From contig OZ316891.1 in assembly GCA_973895155.1 (NCBI GenBank), forward strand, positions 12,274,771 to 12,338,770: a DNA stretch of 64,000 bases, in the 5' to 3' direction. Below the pieces are notes generated by a model, which was not told the origin of the DNA, did no database searches, and was given only the letters and a program-made list of their open reading frames with translations. This document shows positions 24,278 through 39,112 of the stretch, piece after piece. The stretch is from Marsupella aquatica (taxonomy: Eukaryota; Plantae; Marchantiophyta). Position 1 is the first letter of the stretch. Every line of letters starts with the position of its first letter. The position numbers and the translations under genes are program-made.

Positions 24278-27200
24278 CTAGCCTGAGAAAAAGAATTGAA
24301 TTCCCCGGCCCACATTTAGTTTCTCTACATAGCTGCTCTCTCCACCAGTGGTAAGCGGACCAGCTCCACTGATTAATTCAGTGACATTAGCACCAGTCAA
24401 GTCAATAACACCATTGGATCCATTTATTCCATTGCGCCTCTTCGTTGAGGACTTCCCCCCCTCCAAATGCCATCCCACTGGAGCTTCCACCGTGTAAGAT
24501 GTTTTGGACACTTGGCCACCAGCACCATACCTGTGTTCCTGAGAGACAGTGTACTGAGCTGTCATGAATGCAGCTTGCTCCCCAGTAGAATTCTTTATCT
24601 GCTGCTTGGCAATTCTTAAAGCCTTCAGCACCTCACCAGCTTCGCCCGCTGGAAGAGCATCGTCTGACACTCCCCCAACAGGTGCATTTCTATCCTCACG
24701 CCCTCCACTACCATCCCAACCAGCATAACCACCTTGGCTTGTAGGGGGTTGGCGATCTGGTGGCACATAGCCATTCATGGGAGGAGCTCTGGGTCCAGGC
24801 ATCCCACTACCATAGGAGTAATAATCAGGCCTCGAATTGTGAGCCCCATGCGACATGTACTGCATGTCTCGTCGATTACTATAGCTACCTGTCTCAGGAT
24901 ACAGACCTGGCTGCACATATGGAGGTTGTTGAGGCTCTTCAACTCCATACGTGGGAGGATATCCATAAGGAGGGTGACTGATTCCCCTGTTCCTCGAACC
25001 AGGATCTCCGCTTTCCTGCCAACCTCCTGGCATACCTCTGTGACCATCCTCTCTTTGCCTATAAGAGGAGGCAGCTCTATGTGGCAAATCCTGTTCAGGA
25101 TGGTCTCTGTGGTACCCATATGACATGCCTGGGGTTTCTTCATAGTGATTGGCAGGTACTCTTCGAACATCATCTGGCCTCATGCCAGGAATTTCTCGCC
25201 AGGGTCCACTTCTGTGCATGTCATCTGTCACTCTTTCTGGCATTGGCTTTGATCTGTGGTGGAATTCACGATCAGAGTTACTGTAAGGGATATCAACTCT
25301 CGCACCACCTCTACTATTATTTATAACGGGGTCATAATACATGTCACGTGAGGCCCTCTCCTGGACCTCCCTCACAGGCCAACCTTGCTGTTCCACCTCA
25401 CCTCCATGGGAGTCTGTGCGAGAAAATCTTTCCCTACTGTGGTGTCCTGCTTTGCGAGGAGAATGCATACCATTGCTTCCTGCTCTTTCTGTACTCCTTC
25501 TATACATAGCATCCTTTGAGACTCTCTTATAAGAAGAACCGACTTCTTCTCGGGAATGATGGAGGTAAATCCCATTTGGCAACTCTTCAGCAACCTCTGT
25601 TTCAGGATCGAAGAGCAGCTCCTCTTCCGGGCCACCTCTACTTTCTTCGATGGGACTGTCGTCAAGAATCTCTATTCTTCCACTCGAGCTTTCCTTAAGA
25701 GAAATTGTTCTTCGACCGGACACTCCCTGCTGCGAAGGTAAGAATCCCATAGATTTTGATCTAGAGATGCGTTCAGCATGCACATCCGGATTTCTCTCCC
25801 CTTCGCTCTGGGAGCGGGTAATACCTCTCTTTGCACTGGGACCTGATGTACCCTCTGTAACAACATCCCCGTCTGCAGTGACAAGTGCTGGTGGCTCGCC
25901 CTGCACAAACAACCAGAGGTAACTACGATCAGTACCGTGAGTACTGTATCCAATAAATTAATTAATCGAAAAAACCTGAGTGAAGGTATGAAATATCTGC
26001 AAGCATGTTTTACTTAAGTAAAATTTGTACTTTTATAGGTCACAAATAGGATCTGGTCTATTAGCACGCACACAAGTTAAATGTACAGCAGATAAACCTG
26101 AAACTCATCAAATACGGTAAGAATATGTTTTCCATAGAGGATATCCGTAATTGAACATGGGTGTTATCTCACATTAGATCCGGCTGTTTGCAGGGTTTCT
26201 AGAAGCCTATGAGGGCACTCATCCTACATATGATTAGAACACATTGTAGGCATGAAAAAAGAAACTCAGTTGCAGCTATGCACCAGAGATAAATTGCTTC
26301 TCACCTCCTTTTGTTCGAGGGTTTGCTGCGCTTCAAAATTCTCCTCCCATTCTCTTTGTGCAGTTTCCTGCAACTCGTACTGTTCAACCAATTTGGCCAC
26401 ATTCTTGGCTAGTGAAGCATTCCGCTTAAAGCTACTACGCTTCTCTGCCATAGCTTTCTTTGAAGCTTGATCTTGCTTTGGTTTATCGTTAAAATGCACT
26501 GTTTCTGTCTGCTCGCTGTCACCCTCTGATGAAACAACTTGCTGACTGTTCGGTGCTCGTCCTGAATCTCCAGAAGATTGCTTCTCTTGGAGTAGGCTTG
26601 GAAGTTGGCCCACCCATCCCGTCGGATCTTTTGATACAGACTCCTGATCTCCTCGCACTTCAGCAAGGGCAGCCATGTCCTCCCCTATTTTGGCCCACAT
26701 AGATCGTAGCCTCTCCTCAATTACGGCCCTGATCTCAGAATGAACGCCAAAGAATGAGATCAGTGGAAGCTACAGCCACCTTCTATTTTGAGTTGTAGCG
26801 ACAACAATAGATTTTCTGCCGAAAAACGTGCAATCCCAGTAGATCTGGGGGTCATTCTTATTATAAATGAACTTGTTCATGTTAGGTTCTTTTTGAAATA
26901 ATTAAGACCCACTCTCCAAAAGGGACACAATCCTGCAGGCACTTACACAAACACCGGCACTACTGACAGGAATACCACGATCACTGCACATGTAGCTGGC
27001 ACAACAAGGAACATTCGGTTCGTCTGCAGGTCTTCATTTGACATTCCGACTCGATTTCATTGTCCAAAGCCCAGCTACTGAGATTATGGGCTTCCGCGTC
27101 CGTCTGTCAAGATAATTTGCTTGATGATCGTTTGTTCGTGCGACTTGAAACCCTCATGTGCCCAAGATGGGTCTTATAGCTCAAAGCTCTATCTGATCTT

Positions 27201-30200
27201 TGACGGTCAAGTCAACCATCGAAATTAGGAATCCTGACCAGGAAAGAGTTAAGAAGGCGACCTTCTCTCGTCATCCTGTTCCGCGGAAGTTGAAGATACA
27301 AATCAGGACAACTTGTGTATTCTTCTCCAGCTCAATATTAGAAAGACGATACGGATTCTTCAATCTACGATCGGTAGATTGAAATTCTGACTATCGACCT
27401 CAGATTACGAGAAAGCCCATCTACATTTACAATTTGCTCTCTACAGATGAGTTGAGCACACATCCAGTCAGATAACTAGGAAGTCATTCACATGTGGCTT
27501 TGCTTTCTTCCAAAGATTTGGCTTGGGACCCCTAATCTTCTGAATTTTTAAGAAGATTGTAGATTAATACATTTGTTCGTCTTCAAAGTCGTGTGGTACT
27601 CTCCTCTCTTGCTAATTCCTCCACATCGTATGTCGGCCACAACGGTTCTGTTTCCTTATCTAGCTTAGAATTCAAACAGACGACACATGCTCGTTTATTG
27701 ACGGTCCAGTAGGTTCGGATTCTGTTATCGCTCCAAGAGTTGAATAAAGAGCACTGACTCAATCAGATAAATCAGAAATCATCTAAACGAATCGTCGCAA
27801 TTCAGAGAAGATTTGTTCGTCCTCAGGGTTGATTTGACGGTCCCTACCACTCATCTTGTGACTAATACTTCCGTCGATCGCAATACTCACAACATCACCA
27901 GTCAACTGCCATCTGCCGTGGCCTCCACCCCTTTTTAGATTTCAATTGCGGGCAAACCAATTTGAATATACTGTTCACTTCACGGCTGACTTCTGACCAG
28001 AATGCACACGGATCCACAAAGAAGCAAGCAAAGCTATTTACACTCCCATTACGGCCCTGTCAATTTCCCTTGCAAACGACTTAAAAAATGAAGATCCTGG
28101 AGGTTTCATGTTCCTCTCAAACGTACCCCTTGTCTTGCTTCTGCTTGGCGGGGCTGAGCGCTCTCTCCGGGCTCGATCCAGAGCTCGATTCTTGAGCCAC
28201 CTTTGAAGCACTCTTCTTTTCTCCTCCATTTACACCGACTCCTTGAACAGAAGCGGAAGGATACGTAGAGACAGAACGGTCCCTCCATAAACCCTCTCCA
28301 CTCACATCTCCATCTACCGTTGCAGCACTATCCTCATTAGCATGCTCAAGAACTCCTGGCTCCTTCTTTTCCTTCAAAGGAATATTTGTTGACAGAGGGA
28401 TCTCACCAGAGACTACCGTTTTCGGTGGAGAAAAATCAGCCTTTGACCCTACATCATCTCTTTGGATAGTTTTTATGGTGTCCTTTGGTACAGTGACGGC
28501 CACCTTTTGTGAGCTAGAGGCAGGAGTTGGACTCCCTTGTGGAACAGCTTGCTTCAGCTTTGTCAAAGCATCCTGCAGAGCACCTTCAGCAGATTTTCTG
28601 AGCTCTATTTCAGCCAATAATCTGCTTTCAAGCTCCACAACCTGCAGGACAGGAAAGAAGATTATCAATCCTGAAACGTATCAGCCTGCAATCCCGCAGC
28701 GAATCCTCGAACCAGGACAAAGTCACTACACAAGAAACGAATTGACGGCAGGAACAAAGCCCATCCCGTGCTTGTGATATGACTAAATTTGGCAACCCGC
28801 AGAAATGTACAGTTTGTGTATCCATATGACCCGAAAACAGGTTTAAGGTTTCCGATCCACCTCACATCTGACAATCAAACCGGCGAATGCGAGGCGAGTC
28901 TAAGCAGGTCCTCCCTTTGTGTCAACCCAATCAATATTCAAGAATGACATACCTTCTTTGACAAGCTCTCCAATTTCAGCTTCACAGTTTTGGAGGCAGA
29001 GCGCTCTGCCTGCAGTCGTGCTCGAAGGAACTCAATAGTCATGGAAGCTGACTCCTCACCCACAGGTCCTTTCCTGCAAGTCCGACGAAATCCGACTAAA
29101 TCCGACTAAATCCGACGAACATCAATGATGGCTGGTATAAACACATCCAATACAATACTGCTTACTTGCAATGAAACTTTTCTCAAAAGTGCTTAATAGA
29201 ACGACCATCACAACCACTCTTTGCAAACAAGCTTGGAAACAGTCCCAAGGACGAATTCATAAACTTTGCTCGTGATTCATTCGAGACACAGGAGCTGAAA
29301 AACACAATGATGTCGACAATCTGTTAGAACTTTAACAATCTCATCAGATACAGGTCTCCACAATGTACCTGCCATTCAGTGCTGGGGAGCCTGGATTGTT
29401 GAGCAGGGCCTCCTCTCTATTCTGAATTTTCGCAGCGGTGACATGTCTTACCAGCTCCTTCTCACGATACTTTTTGTCTAAGTCCACTGGTCGAAACACT
29501 ACCTCCTCCGGAAGGTCTACATGGGTTGGTATAACTGGCACTGGCTTCTCTGGGTTCTTTAGCACTCCATTAGTTCCGATCCCTGAGACTGGTATAACTG
29601 GTACTGGCTTCTCTGGGTTCTTTAGCACTCCATTAGTTCCGTTCCCTGAGGCAACGTCTCGTCTATCAGGGGCGATCTTCAGCGGCTCCTCTTGCCTACG
29701 TGGTCGAACAATTTTTCCTTCATGGTTTCCTTCATGGCTCTCAGAAGGATTCTCGGGAAATAGCTCTGTTCTTACAGTGGTGTTTGTAGTTTCCACCGGT
29801 TTAGCTGAACTCGGAGATCCTTCCTTTCCGGGGTTAAGCTCGCTATCAACAGGTATATTTCCGGATTCTCCGGGCAGGGCAAGATTCACTCCCCGTTGTA
29901 CTTGTTGGGCACTATCACTCACCTTCTCCACTGAAAGGGAATTCATCACTTGTGCTCTAAGCTGGGCTTGGCTCGGTCTCTTTACCAATTGAGGTTGCTT
30001 CACCTCAGGTGGTTGAGCAGAGGAACCGGGTGGGCTTTTGGTTAATTCTTCTGCTGACTGGGCGGCGGAGCCCGCCACCTCGTGGGAGCCACTGAGCTCC
30101 TTCATGGACGTCGATCTCCACCTTAAAGGAGTCAACTTGGGAGGATTCACTCCAACTGATTTGACCGGAGATTCCTTCTCTTGAGCCTCGTCCTGCTGCT

Positions 30201-30210
30201 CTGCCTTCAT
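24278..30210 (-). CDS. Plant coiled-coil/disordered protein of the 'MTIEFLRARL' family (Arabidopsis AT3G52240-like, from memory); exons 30210-29369, 29073-28953, 28641-28127, 26728-26305, 25900-24278, ~1174 aa
   Basis: Four GT-AG introns give one continuous frame. Conserved blocks MTIEFLRARLQAERSAS..VVELE, KLVEQYELQETAQREWEENF and EVLKALRIAKQQI. The start codon is uncertain because the frame is open to ~30327. Confidence 0.8.
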
Positions 30211-33200
30211 AGAATCCTCAATCCCATTCAGAGCACATTGCTGCAGCTCCTCCTCCTGCTCCTTAGTAAAGAGCTCACTGGGAGACCGCCTGCAAGATTT
30301 GTATCTTCCTGGGAAACACACACGCAAACCCCTCCCTTGTTAAAACTTCTTCCAAAAGCAGGAATGTTCTCCGAATGGTTCATTCCAATATGTGATACAT
30401 TCAAGAAACACATTTTGAGGCTCACATTGTGACGACAAGATCTGAATGGGAAGTGCAAAGGAAGAAAACCAGCGGGGCTCGCTTGCGATTCCAATGCCAT
30501 GAGGTCCCCAAGTTTCTGTACGCCAGTCATCGGACAAGGGGAATACCTCTTTGACTTGTCCTAAATGTACTTTCTGAACTGATGTGTCGTTCGCTAGTCT
30601 TTGACATACAGACACCAAAAAGTCTGTGAAATCTGGTCTAGTTCGGGGCCTCCTTATGCCGTACTTAATGCTAAATCGAAAAGCCTACATTCACCCCAAA
30701 CCGGGAGAGGTAGATGCAAGATAAAGGCCACTTTCCTGAAACTTGCTGTGATGAATTGCACTGAAAGTGATAGGATTAAAGCAAACCGCCTGAGTTGTAC
30801 TAGACAGCTTCTCTAGAAGAAACAGGGCTAGATAGGCTCTGGGGAGAAACCTAGCCTTTCCAGCAAAATCGTGCAATTGAATACACTATAACGTCCCAGA
30901 GAGAATCCACGCCCCAAGGTGCAGAGTCAAGAGTACAGTAACCGCCTAACGACTAGAGCGATCGGCTATGCTCACGAACGATCGACAATCGAATGTTCTA
31001 CTGATGATCTAAACTGCGAGCTTTGCCATCTGTCCCCACCCTGCTCTTGGGAGGCTTGCCGGCCCATCCCACTCACGTCATGTTCCCAATTCCACCACCA
31101 GAAATTGCCTCTTCCCGGAGCCTCGCATATCATCTACACGAGGAATTGAAGGAACTCTATTTGGGTGTGAAGCGTACACGCGGATGAAGTCACGACAGGT
31201 CTGCCAGTCAAAAGACCAGGGACCTTCCGAAATCCATCTGGTATGACATTCTCATACTCTCGTGGACGGTGCGGTTGTTGGTCCGTTGAGAATGATCCTA
31301 CCCCGCTGTTAATTTTCCTTGCCTCACTAAGTGATCTGTCCTAACTTGGTAAAGCAACTGTACATGTGCCACTGTGCCACTCGTGAGGTATGATCAAAGC
31401 AATTACTTCCGAGCAATCAACGCATCCCCTTCCAATCGTCTGACGATAACCGATGCAAGTTCCTGCCGGGTATGCTTGTCAACTAGGCGGAAAAAGCCGA
31501 AGACATTTTGAGACTCCTAATTCAAGGAGAAGGGATGAGGCAGTCCCTCTCATGGTAGCTAGATGTGCCGCAAAGCCCCAACAGATGCCTTCTGCCTTCA
31601 CCTACAAAATCGAGAACCCTGCAACGCCATTGTTCATTGACACCCCCTGGCGGGCTGCCTCTCAGTTCCATCCCTGAACCATACCCCTGGCCTACATTTG
31701 TCTGGGCTTGTATATCAGCATCTACATTGTGCTCCCATGTGCTCTCCAACGGATATTGCAAGACCGCCTGTGCGTCTTATGGCCACTAAAATTTCGTTTG
31801 TGACAGGTTTATGCAAGGGTGGATGGGTCTAACTACAACATTATGCAGACCGGGTGGTGGGTAAGTGGCAAAATTGAAGGGCTACTTCCTGACTTGATGA
31901 CAAGCATGGACACATTCCACAAGGTCACCAGCAAAGCAGCCCAGCAATCCATTCATACCTGGCATTGAGATGGCTACCGGAGTCCTCGGGTCAATAGAAG
32001 TAATCGAACGCATTTTGGGAAGCTCTCACAAACATTTGATCGCAGGATCAAAGTTTTCGTCCCTGCGCATTGCGCTGCCTGTCCGGCCTTGGATTGGAAA
32101 ATGTCTAATACTCACGCGCTCAACCCAGCAGGGGGTGATAATGTGAAAGGTTAAAAAAATCGGAGAATGAAATCACTCTATCTCCCTCTCTCCCTGCTGG
32201 TCTTCACTACATGTGTCTCGACTGCAACGCCCCACACCTCGCAACTCAGAGCTTCCCACCCTCCTCTGTGCTTTCCTGACAGATATGTTCTGGAATGTCA
32301 TTGAGCTACTCCGACCTCGAGCAGAAACAATCTCACAGGTGGCACCCACCCACATTCTGTTACTCCTCCCTTCCCTTCATAGAATCGTGAACATTCAGGA
32401 GATCGAAATCCACATTTCCTTTTACCCATTCGAAAACTCGCGAACGACTACTCTACTACCCCTCCCTCATTCCCCCTTCGTCCAACGAAAAGAGCAACAA
32501 GAACGGAAAAATCCTCACGCATTCCCCAATCCCATCATCCCCCTACCCAACCTCCAGTGCACTTCTGACTGCTACTTCTTTGCTCTCCCCTCCCTCTCTC
32601 CGACAGAAATGTGATTTCGGTGGTGGTGGCCAGAATGAGCCCACACTAGAGCACTCAGACAGGCCACTCCAGACCCCCTTCAGAATCTGTCTCTCACTCA
32701 GCCTGCCCCTCACCACTCATGGATCCCACCATCTGGACACTGCCAAATGCCAGCGAAGAGGAAACCAAAAGTAAAAACTCTCCCCCACATAACCAAACCA
32801 CCCGCATTATTACACCCCTACTCCTGTTCCCCCTCCTGCTGGACGAACGACCCCCAGACCTCCTCTGTGGATCATAACAGCAGAAGAAGACGCACGGGAA
32901 ACACCACCAGTCATCAGCATTACCGTAATACTGTACAACAACACCGCACTATAGACCGTATAATGCCTCGTGACCGCCTGCCCCATTTTCTCCCGCTATC
33001 TCTCTTCTTCCTTCCTTGCTTCTCTGATAAATGGATTCATTATAAGCGCTACATCACTCTCTGAACTCTGAACTCTGAACTCTACATTACCTGTTGTAAG
33101 TATACCCCGTATTTAACTCCGCACTGCTGCGCACACAGCAAAACTTTGGCGAGACGCATCGTCCTTCCGTCCCCTGCCGTCGCAGATCAAACAGAGCAGT

Positions 33201-33337
33201 ACACACGGAGCAGAGGAGGCAGACGAGATGCCAGACTGGGCCAAAAAGTAGCCAAAAAGTAGCCACCAATCTGTATTGTTCGTTCCATCCTTCGTTCCGC
33301 CTGTCTGTCAGCCATCAGTCACCTTTGTCGGTCCGCC

Positions 33338-33372
33338 ACCTCCTCCTCCTCCTCCTCCTCCTCCACTCCTCC
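33338..33372. repeat. (CCT)n microsatellite
   Basis: CCTCCTCCT run of about 9-11 units. Confidence 0.9.
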
Positions 33373-35377
33373 CGCAGGGGCTGGGCTTGCTTGACTGCCC
33401 CAATTCGCTCCACCCACGATCACTCGTCCTCTGTTTTCATGCAGACTGTCCAAACTCCAAACCTTGGTTATGGCATGGCTCTGTTCCTCTGCTCCGCCTC
33501 CGCATTTGTCGAGCCCATCACCAAATCATGTCTCTCTCCAGACTATTTCGTGACCCCCCTTCCCTCCTCCCCCGCCCCTGCTAACCACGACATGAAATGA
33601 AATGTATATCTATACGACTACAACAACGTTCACTTCCTGTGGAGTGACTAGTACCAAACTTCTACCCATACAATAGTGGTGCTCGCTCGGCGAAGCCTTT
33701 GCTGCTGTTGTCTCGACTCTCGCCGTTCCGTGCACCGGCGAGTTTTGTCAGGAAAAATTGCCGCTAAAGCCCCGGCCAAATTGGCCGAACTATCGACGCC
33801 TGTACAGCAGAGTGGACGTCGAAACACGTCACCAGTTTTGGAGTCGCCCTAATCGCAGAGTAGGCTAGTGAGCACTCATTGTGTTTGGACTGTACGCCAA
33901 ATTCCCCAAATCTAACATTGATTAGCTCTAATAAACCAAAGCTATTCATCGGCCCCAGTTCTGACAGCTCATTGGTAGCGGCCTCTGAAATATTCCGGGC
34001 TACGATGAGCTCTAACGGCTAGCCTCTGCGACGGTGCAGTCAATGTTTTCAGGGAAGTTTTCCTTTCGTTACAATAATTCTGAGGAAATTAATCACAAAT
34101 GTTATTCAAGCCGTTGGTAATTTACATCCACGGCTCATATAATTTCTCGGTAGATCTATTAACAGAGAGAAATCTCCTGTGCAGGTTTAAGTGGTCGGCC
34201 AATTGATTGAGGGGAGCACGGTGGGTCAGATAAAGGCAAAACAGCCGTCCGTCATTGATGGGGGGAAAATTCTAACCCTAAGCTATGCTGACCCAGCACG
34301 GTGACTTTTGCAGACTCTATTCCTCCTTGAGTGGGGTGCCGTTCGGTGGGCCCCACCGGTTATTGGTCAGAATCCTCAGTCCATCTTTCCGAAACCTTTC
34401 TGGTCGCTGGTTGTGTCTTTGTTACGTTGATTGCCTTTTCCTTCTGTCCTTCGAGAATGGGAGTAATGTTAGATCCCCGATGGTTGGCTTGTTGGTACGA
34501 TCGAGGTACGTAAACTATCTGAGTGAATTACGGTAATTAATCCGATAAGCTGACCATATGATTAGGCAAGAATGATGCCGTTGTAGTTACTGTACCGTAA
34601 TACGTCCATTTGCTTCCGCGGTTCCTTGTGTAAACTTATTTACTGTGTCACTGTTGTCAGTTCAACAATTTAGTTTTTTGTCTCTTACTATTGTGATAAT
34701 CGTGCTTCGTGCGTAACATTACGGTAGTCAATTCATTAAATTTCGCCACACGATTTGCCACGATGAAAATGGATACAATAGGGGCTCTCAAACCTCAAAA
34801 CTTGACCTACCTCAAACTTGACCGACTTTAAGTACTAAGTTAAGATTTGGACTACCAGCAGTAAAGTATGATCACATGTCATGACAATAATTCAATGTAG
34901 AGCTAGTGAAAAAACAATTATACAAGCATGTGCAAAAAGTTTGATCCATTCTTTAAAAGGCCATACCCCAGTATGATGAAGCTTTGGACACCCTAATGGA
35001 TTAGGCCCTGAACTATTGCCTACTGGATACGAAATCAATGAGAATTTGAGATGGACTACAATTTTTGACAAATAATTGAACTGGCCGATTGTGATAGGGA
35101 CGGATCATTTTACCTTCAACTCCAATAGGACCTTTCTTTTGAATATAATGGTACACTTTTGGATTTCACAAGTTTCAGGATCTATCTACTTCCCCAATCA
35201 TACAAGGAGGCTGCCAGGAACTGAGTTCCATAAAGTCATGAGACAACAAATAGGTAGTGCAAATTGCCTCACCAAGACAATTAATCCAGGACAGCCCCTA
35301 AAACTCCAAAAGACCTCTCAGGTTCTGTAGTGGCATATGCATCCCTGTAGGAGGTATTGTATGACGCAAGCGTGCCC

Positions 35378-35533
35378 AAGCCTTGCCCAAGCCTTGACTG
35401 TAGACTAACCAAGATTAGTTTCAAACTCTATTCATGAAATAGCAAAGGCCACTAACCATGCGCCCAACCCTTGACTGTAGACTAGACTAAATTAGTTCTT
35501 GATTCATGAAATAACAAAGGCCACTAACCATGC
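35378..35533. repeat. Tandem duplication of ~75 bp
   Basis: CCTTGACTGTAGACTA...ATTCATGAAATA.CAAAGGCCACTAACCATGC twice. Confidence 0.8.
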
Positions 35534-37505
35534 TCACGTACATGGAATATAGTCAGCCATCATAAAGTTTTGAGAACTTTTTGGACTTTGTCTCTGAAGT
35601 GCATCTACTCAACTCATCTATACTATAATTTGCAATCAAAATCTATTGTATGTGACCTACTTCACCGAGTGAAGCAGGAGGCCATAATTTATCTGGTAAC
35701 AACAACTCTTGATATTAGACTAGGCAGATGAGTCGGGATACACAAGGGAGTCTGAGTATTGGGAGCCCTGTCTGTGCATATGTAGGGGTCTTTGGGCTAG
35801 TAGGAGTGCGGGCATTTGTGCTAGTTGTAGCAAGTGGTGGAAAGTCTTAGGCAACTTCACCAACAACTATATTTGGCTTCATACTTAGGCTGGATTCACT
35901 ATTCCATTCATTTGCTTGGCGGACTGAACTCCCAAAAGGACAGATTTGAACAATCAAGTTAGTGTATCTTGTGACCCACTCCCCAATAATACAATATGTA
36001 ACGTCACCATGCCTAGCTTTTGAGACTTCCGAGTACTTACATGCTGAGAAGAAATGTGCGGGCCAGCTTGGATGTTCGTCATCCAAGGAGTGCTCTTCGT
36101 GATCTGATAGTGTTAAAGTTGATTTTTGTGTGGACAATGTAGGTTATTAATTTTAAACGAATAGGAGGCCTATTCTTGCGAGCCATTTCGTGACATGAGA
36201 GGCCATAATTTGTTCGATCAAGAAAATCTTCAACGGCATGTTCATTGTGCTAGGTCCAAATGCTATCACAATAATTAGCTCTTGCCATGGGCCAGATGTG
36301 ACTTGGTCTTTTGTGCGCCTCGGCTGTTAGCCCAGTTGTGGGTCCGCTCGTTTCTTATTTGCTGTTAACTGGTGAGTAAAAAGTACATAAATATAACAAC
36401 ATTTTGTACACTGCCAAGAACAAAAAGTGTCTAGACAAGATTCCAAAGGCCAGAGATCCAATAAAAAGGAGAGTACAAAGTGAAACACCATGAAGACCAA
36501 ACAGCCAAAAAGCCACGTCCCCCTAGTCAAACAGTCATAGTTGTACATGAATATCTCTATCTCGAAAGACTTAGAGAGTAGGGAAACTAAAACCTGGATG
36601 GACCTCCACTTTGTCTATGAAGCCCAGATGGACTGGCAAAGCTTGGATAGACTTAAACTGACTCAGATAACATTCTTTACACTTTTGACTAAAATGTGAC
36701 TTGTAAACCATCTCCTTACAGTTTGCAGCCGGTTTCCATTACATTACCAAACCAATTTCCTTGGTAACTTGACAACTTGACCACCTTCAACTGAAAGACA
36801 TCAAGACGTCATACCAGTAGTCAGGTTTGCCATGACATCTTGCCTACTTTTTTTCTGCAAGGCAGTCAAAGTTGTCACCTGGAATCCATGACCAGTTCTT
36901 TTTTGGGGTGTAAAAGCAACAATTGCTTTACGCAGTCCATGGGGATGGGCAGGGACAATGTCTTGGTCCATCCAGGATTTTGTTTCTACAATAAGTCAAT
37001 TCCAAAGAATTAGATTAATCGGCCAAAATCCCAGATAATTGGAGCTGGAAGCATGTCAACATAAAACTACTCTGTCCATTCACTCTAGGTTGCAAAGAAT
37101 GAACTACTCCATCAAAGGTCCCTCCAGACTACCACAGAAATTACTGAACCAACTTTGAAAGCAAAATATATGTAAAGCTACCATATTTAACGTTGGGCAT
37201 CAGGCAGTATAGTAACTTCATCGTCATGGGGACATAAACATAGTGTTCGAGTACTTCACTAATTCAAAGTCTTTATTTCCTCTTCCAAACAGCTTTTGAA
37301 CTTGAAAATGACAAATTCTTTGTGCAGCATAGCATTGGACTCTACTTTTTTCCCCTTTTTCCTTAGTTTCATTATGCCCTACTTGAAATAATTGGGAGTA
37401 GGCACGACTGGCCCTGAATGCTTGAGCTTTGCTCAGGAATTGATGGCGAGTTCCCAATTGTAGATGTGCTCCTAGAATCACAGTCTATAGATTTCACTCT
37501 AAAGG

Positions 37506-37840
37506 TAGGCCCTTATTCTAGCTTTTCATTAGGCTATATTAGATAGATATTCTTATGTATGCCATTATTGTATATATATGTCACACTGCACAAAGACAGA
37601 AAACGTCAAACCGGGAGCATGATCCCAAAGGCAAAGAACCCAATGAAGGGGAGAAAAAGAGGAGAAAGGGCCCCAAGAAAAACAAGGCCCTTATTGTAGC
37701 TTTTCAGTGGGCTTTATGAAATAGATATCATATGTAGGCCCTTGTTATAGCTCTTCATTGGGCTTTATTAAATAGATATCATATATAAGCTCTCAATATA
37801 GTTTATCATTGGCCTTTATTATTGTATAGATATAGATAGA
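37506..37840. repeat. Degenerate ~52-bp repeats (about 4 copies)
   Basis: AGGCCCTT.TT.TAGCT.TTCA.TGGGCTTTAT..AATAGATAT recurring. Confidence 0.65.
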
Positions 37841-39112
37841 TAGATGAATGAATTTCCAGGCAAGTGCCAAACTTAAGCTTGAGGAAGAAGAAAGCTCGTA
37901 TCGAAGGGCTAGGGAATTGTTAACAATTGAAAAAAAACCTTGTCCCGCATCGAATCCGTCTGGACCCAAACATCGCAGCGCTGTAAAGCAGGATACCACA
38001 AACCGATCATTTCCAGTTTCGACTGGTTTATATGCAACGGGTCCTGTTTGGCATGATATCCGTGGCATCTGACGTCAGACTTACCCAGCAGAGCCCTTAA
38101 AAACGAAAAGTCCCTCGCCCCAGTCTGTTCCCATACTTTATGAAGCTTCTTTTGAACGCAGATCCCTTTCTTTCCCTGACCTTGTACCACATACGGAAAG
38201 GGCATCTTACTGCAACGTACTTACGAAACTGTGACATAATAATTATTGTAAACAGAGACCATATCGTAATCAACAGGCGCATCGTACACGCAGAACATAA
38301 CGTATACATATACGGAAAAGGTTGCCCTGGGTGAGTTGTACATGGTGTTTATACGTGTGATGATACGTAAAAAATGATGGGCTGCCATATGATGAGTTTC
38401 ACCATGGCATATGAGAAACGGACGGCCCAGTCAAATGTTCCTGTTGACTGCTACGGCGGACTTCGGCTGCCGTAACTCTTGCTCAGAATGTAATCTTTAA
38501 TTAGTAAGATCGATTCAGTATTGTGGCCGTTACACTAGATTGTCATCCTGTAGTACGGTTGTTAACCTTACTAGTGCTTCTGGGGTTTCAGGTTTGGAAA
38601 ATGTGGACGTTTTAAGTTCAGTCAGATTCCTAGCATTGTTTGAGAAACACAAACTTACAAGAAAGAGTTATGGTAATGAAAATCCTACATTAGTGTTTTA
38701 TTTGCAGAATCCCTTTCATTGTCAGACTCGACAAAGTCTTGGCACTGCTATTTGAGGGAAGAAGATAAGGAAAGGGCAAAAACACAAGGCCAATCTTCTT
38801 TTATCAAATACAATTCTTAGGGTTTAGTGTCCACTATCTGACTGATTTTGCAGAGTGCTTAAGCTTGAACCATCCCATGGTAAATCTCTGGCCGTGGGTA
38901 TGAGTGCACCTCAGCAGAACCTGCCCTCTTAGGGGACATCCATGACTTTGTTATGAAACTAGATGTGTACCTTAAATCATAACATGAAGCAAGTGGTAGT
39001 TCTTGATCTCTTGCTTTTATCTCTTTAGGGGTTTGCATTTGCACTTTTCTTTTGAGTTTGATGTCTGTCCTCTATGGATCTATTTTGCTTTTATTACATA
39101 GTACTATGTTTG

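Noticed and set aside
33276-33600. Poly-Pro / poly-Leu ORFs
   Set aside because: Artefact of the (CCT)n microsatellite in a CT-rich promoter/UTR-like region.
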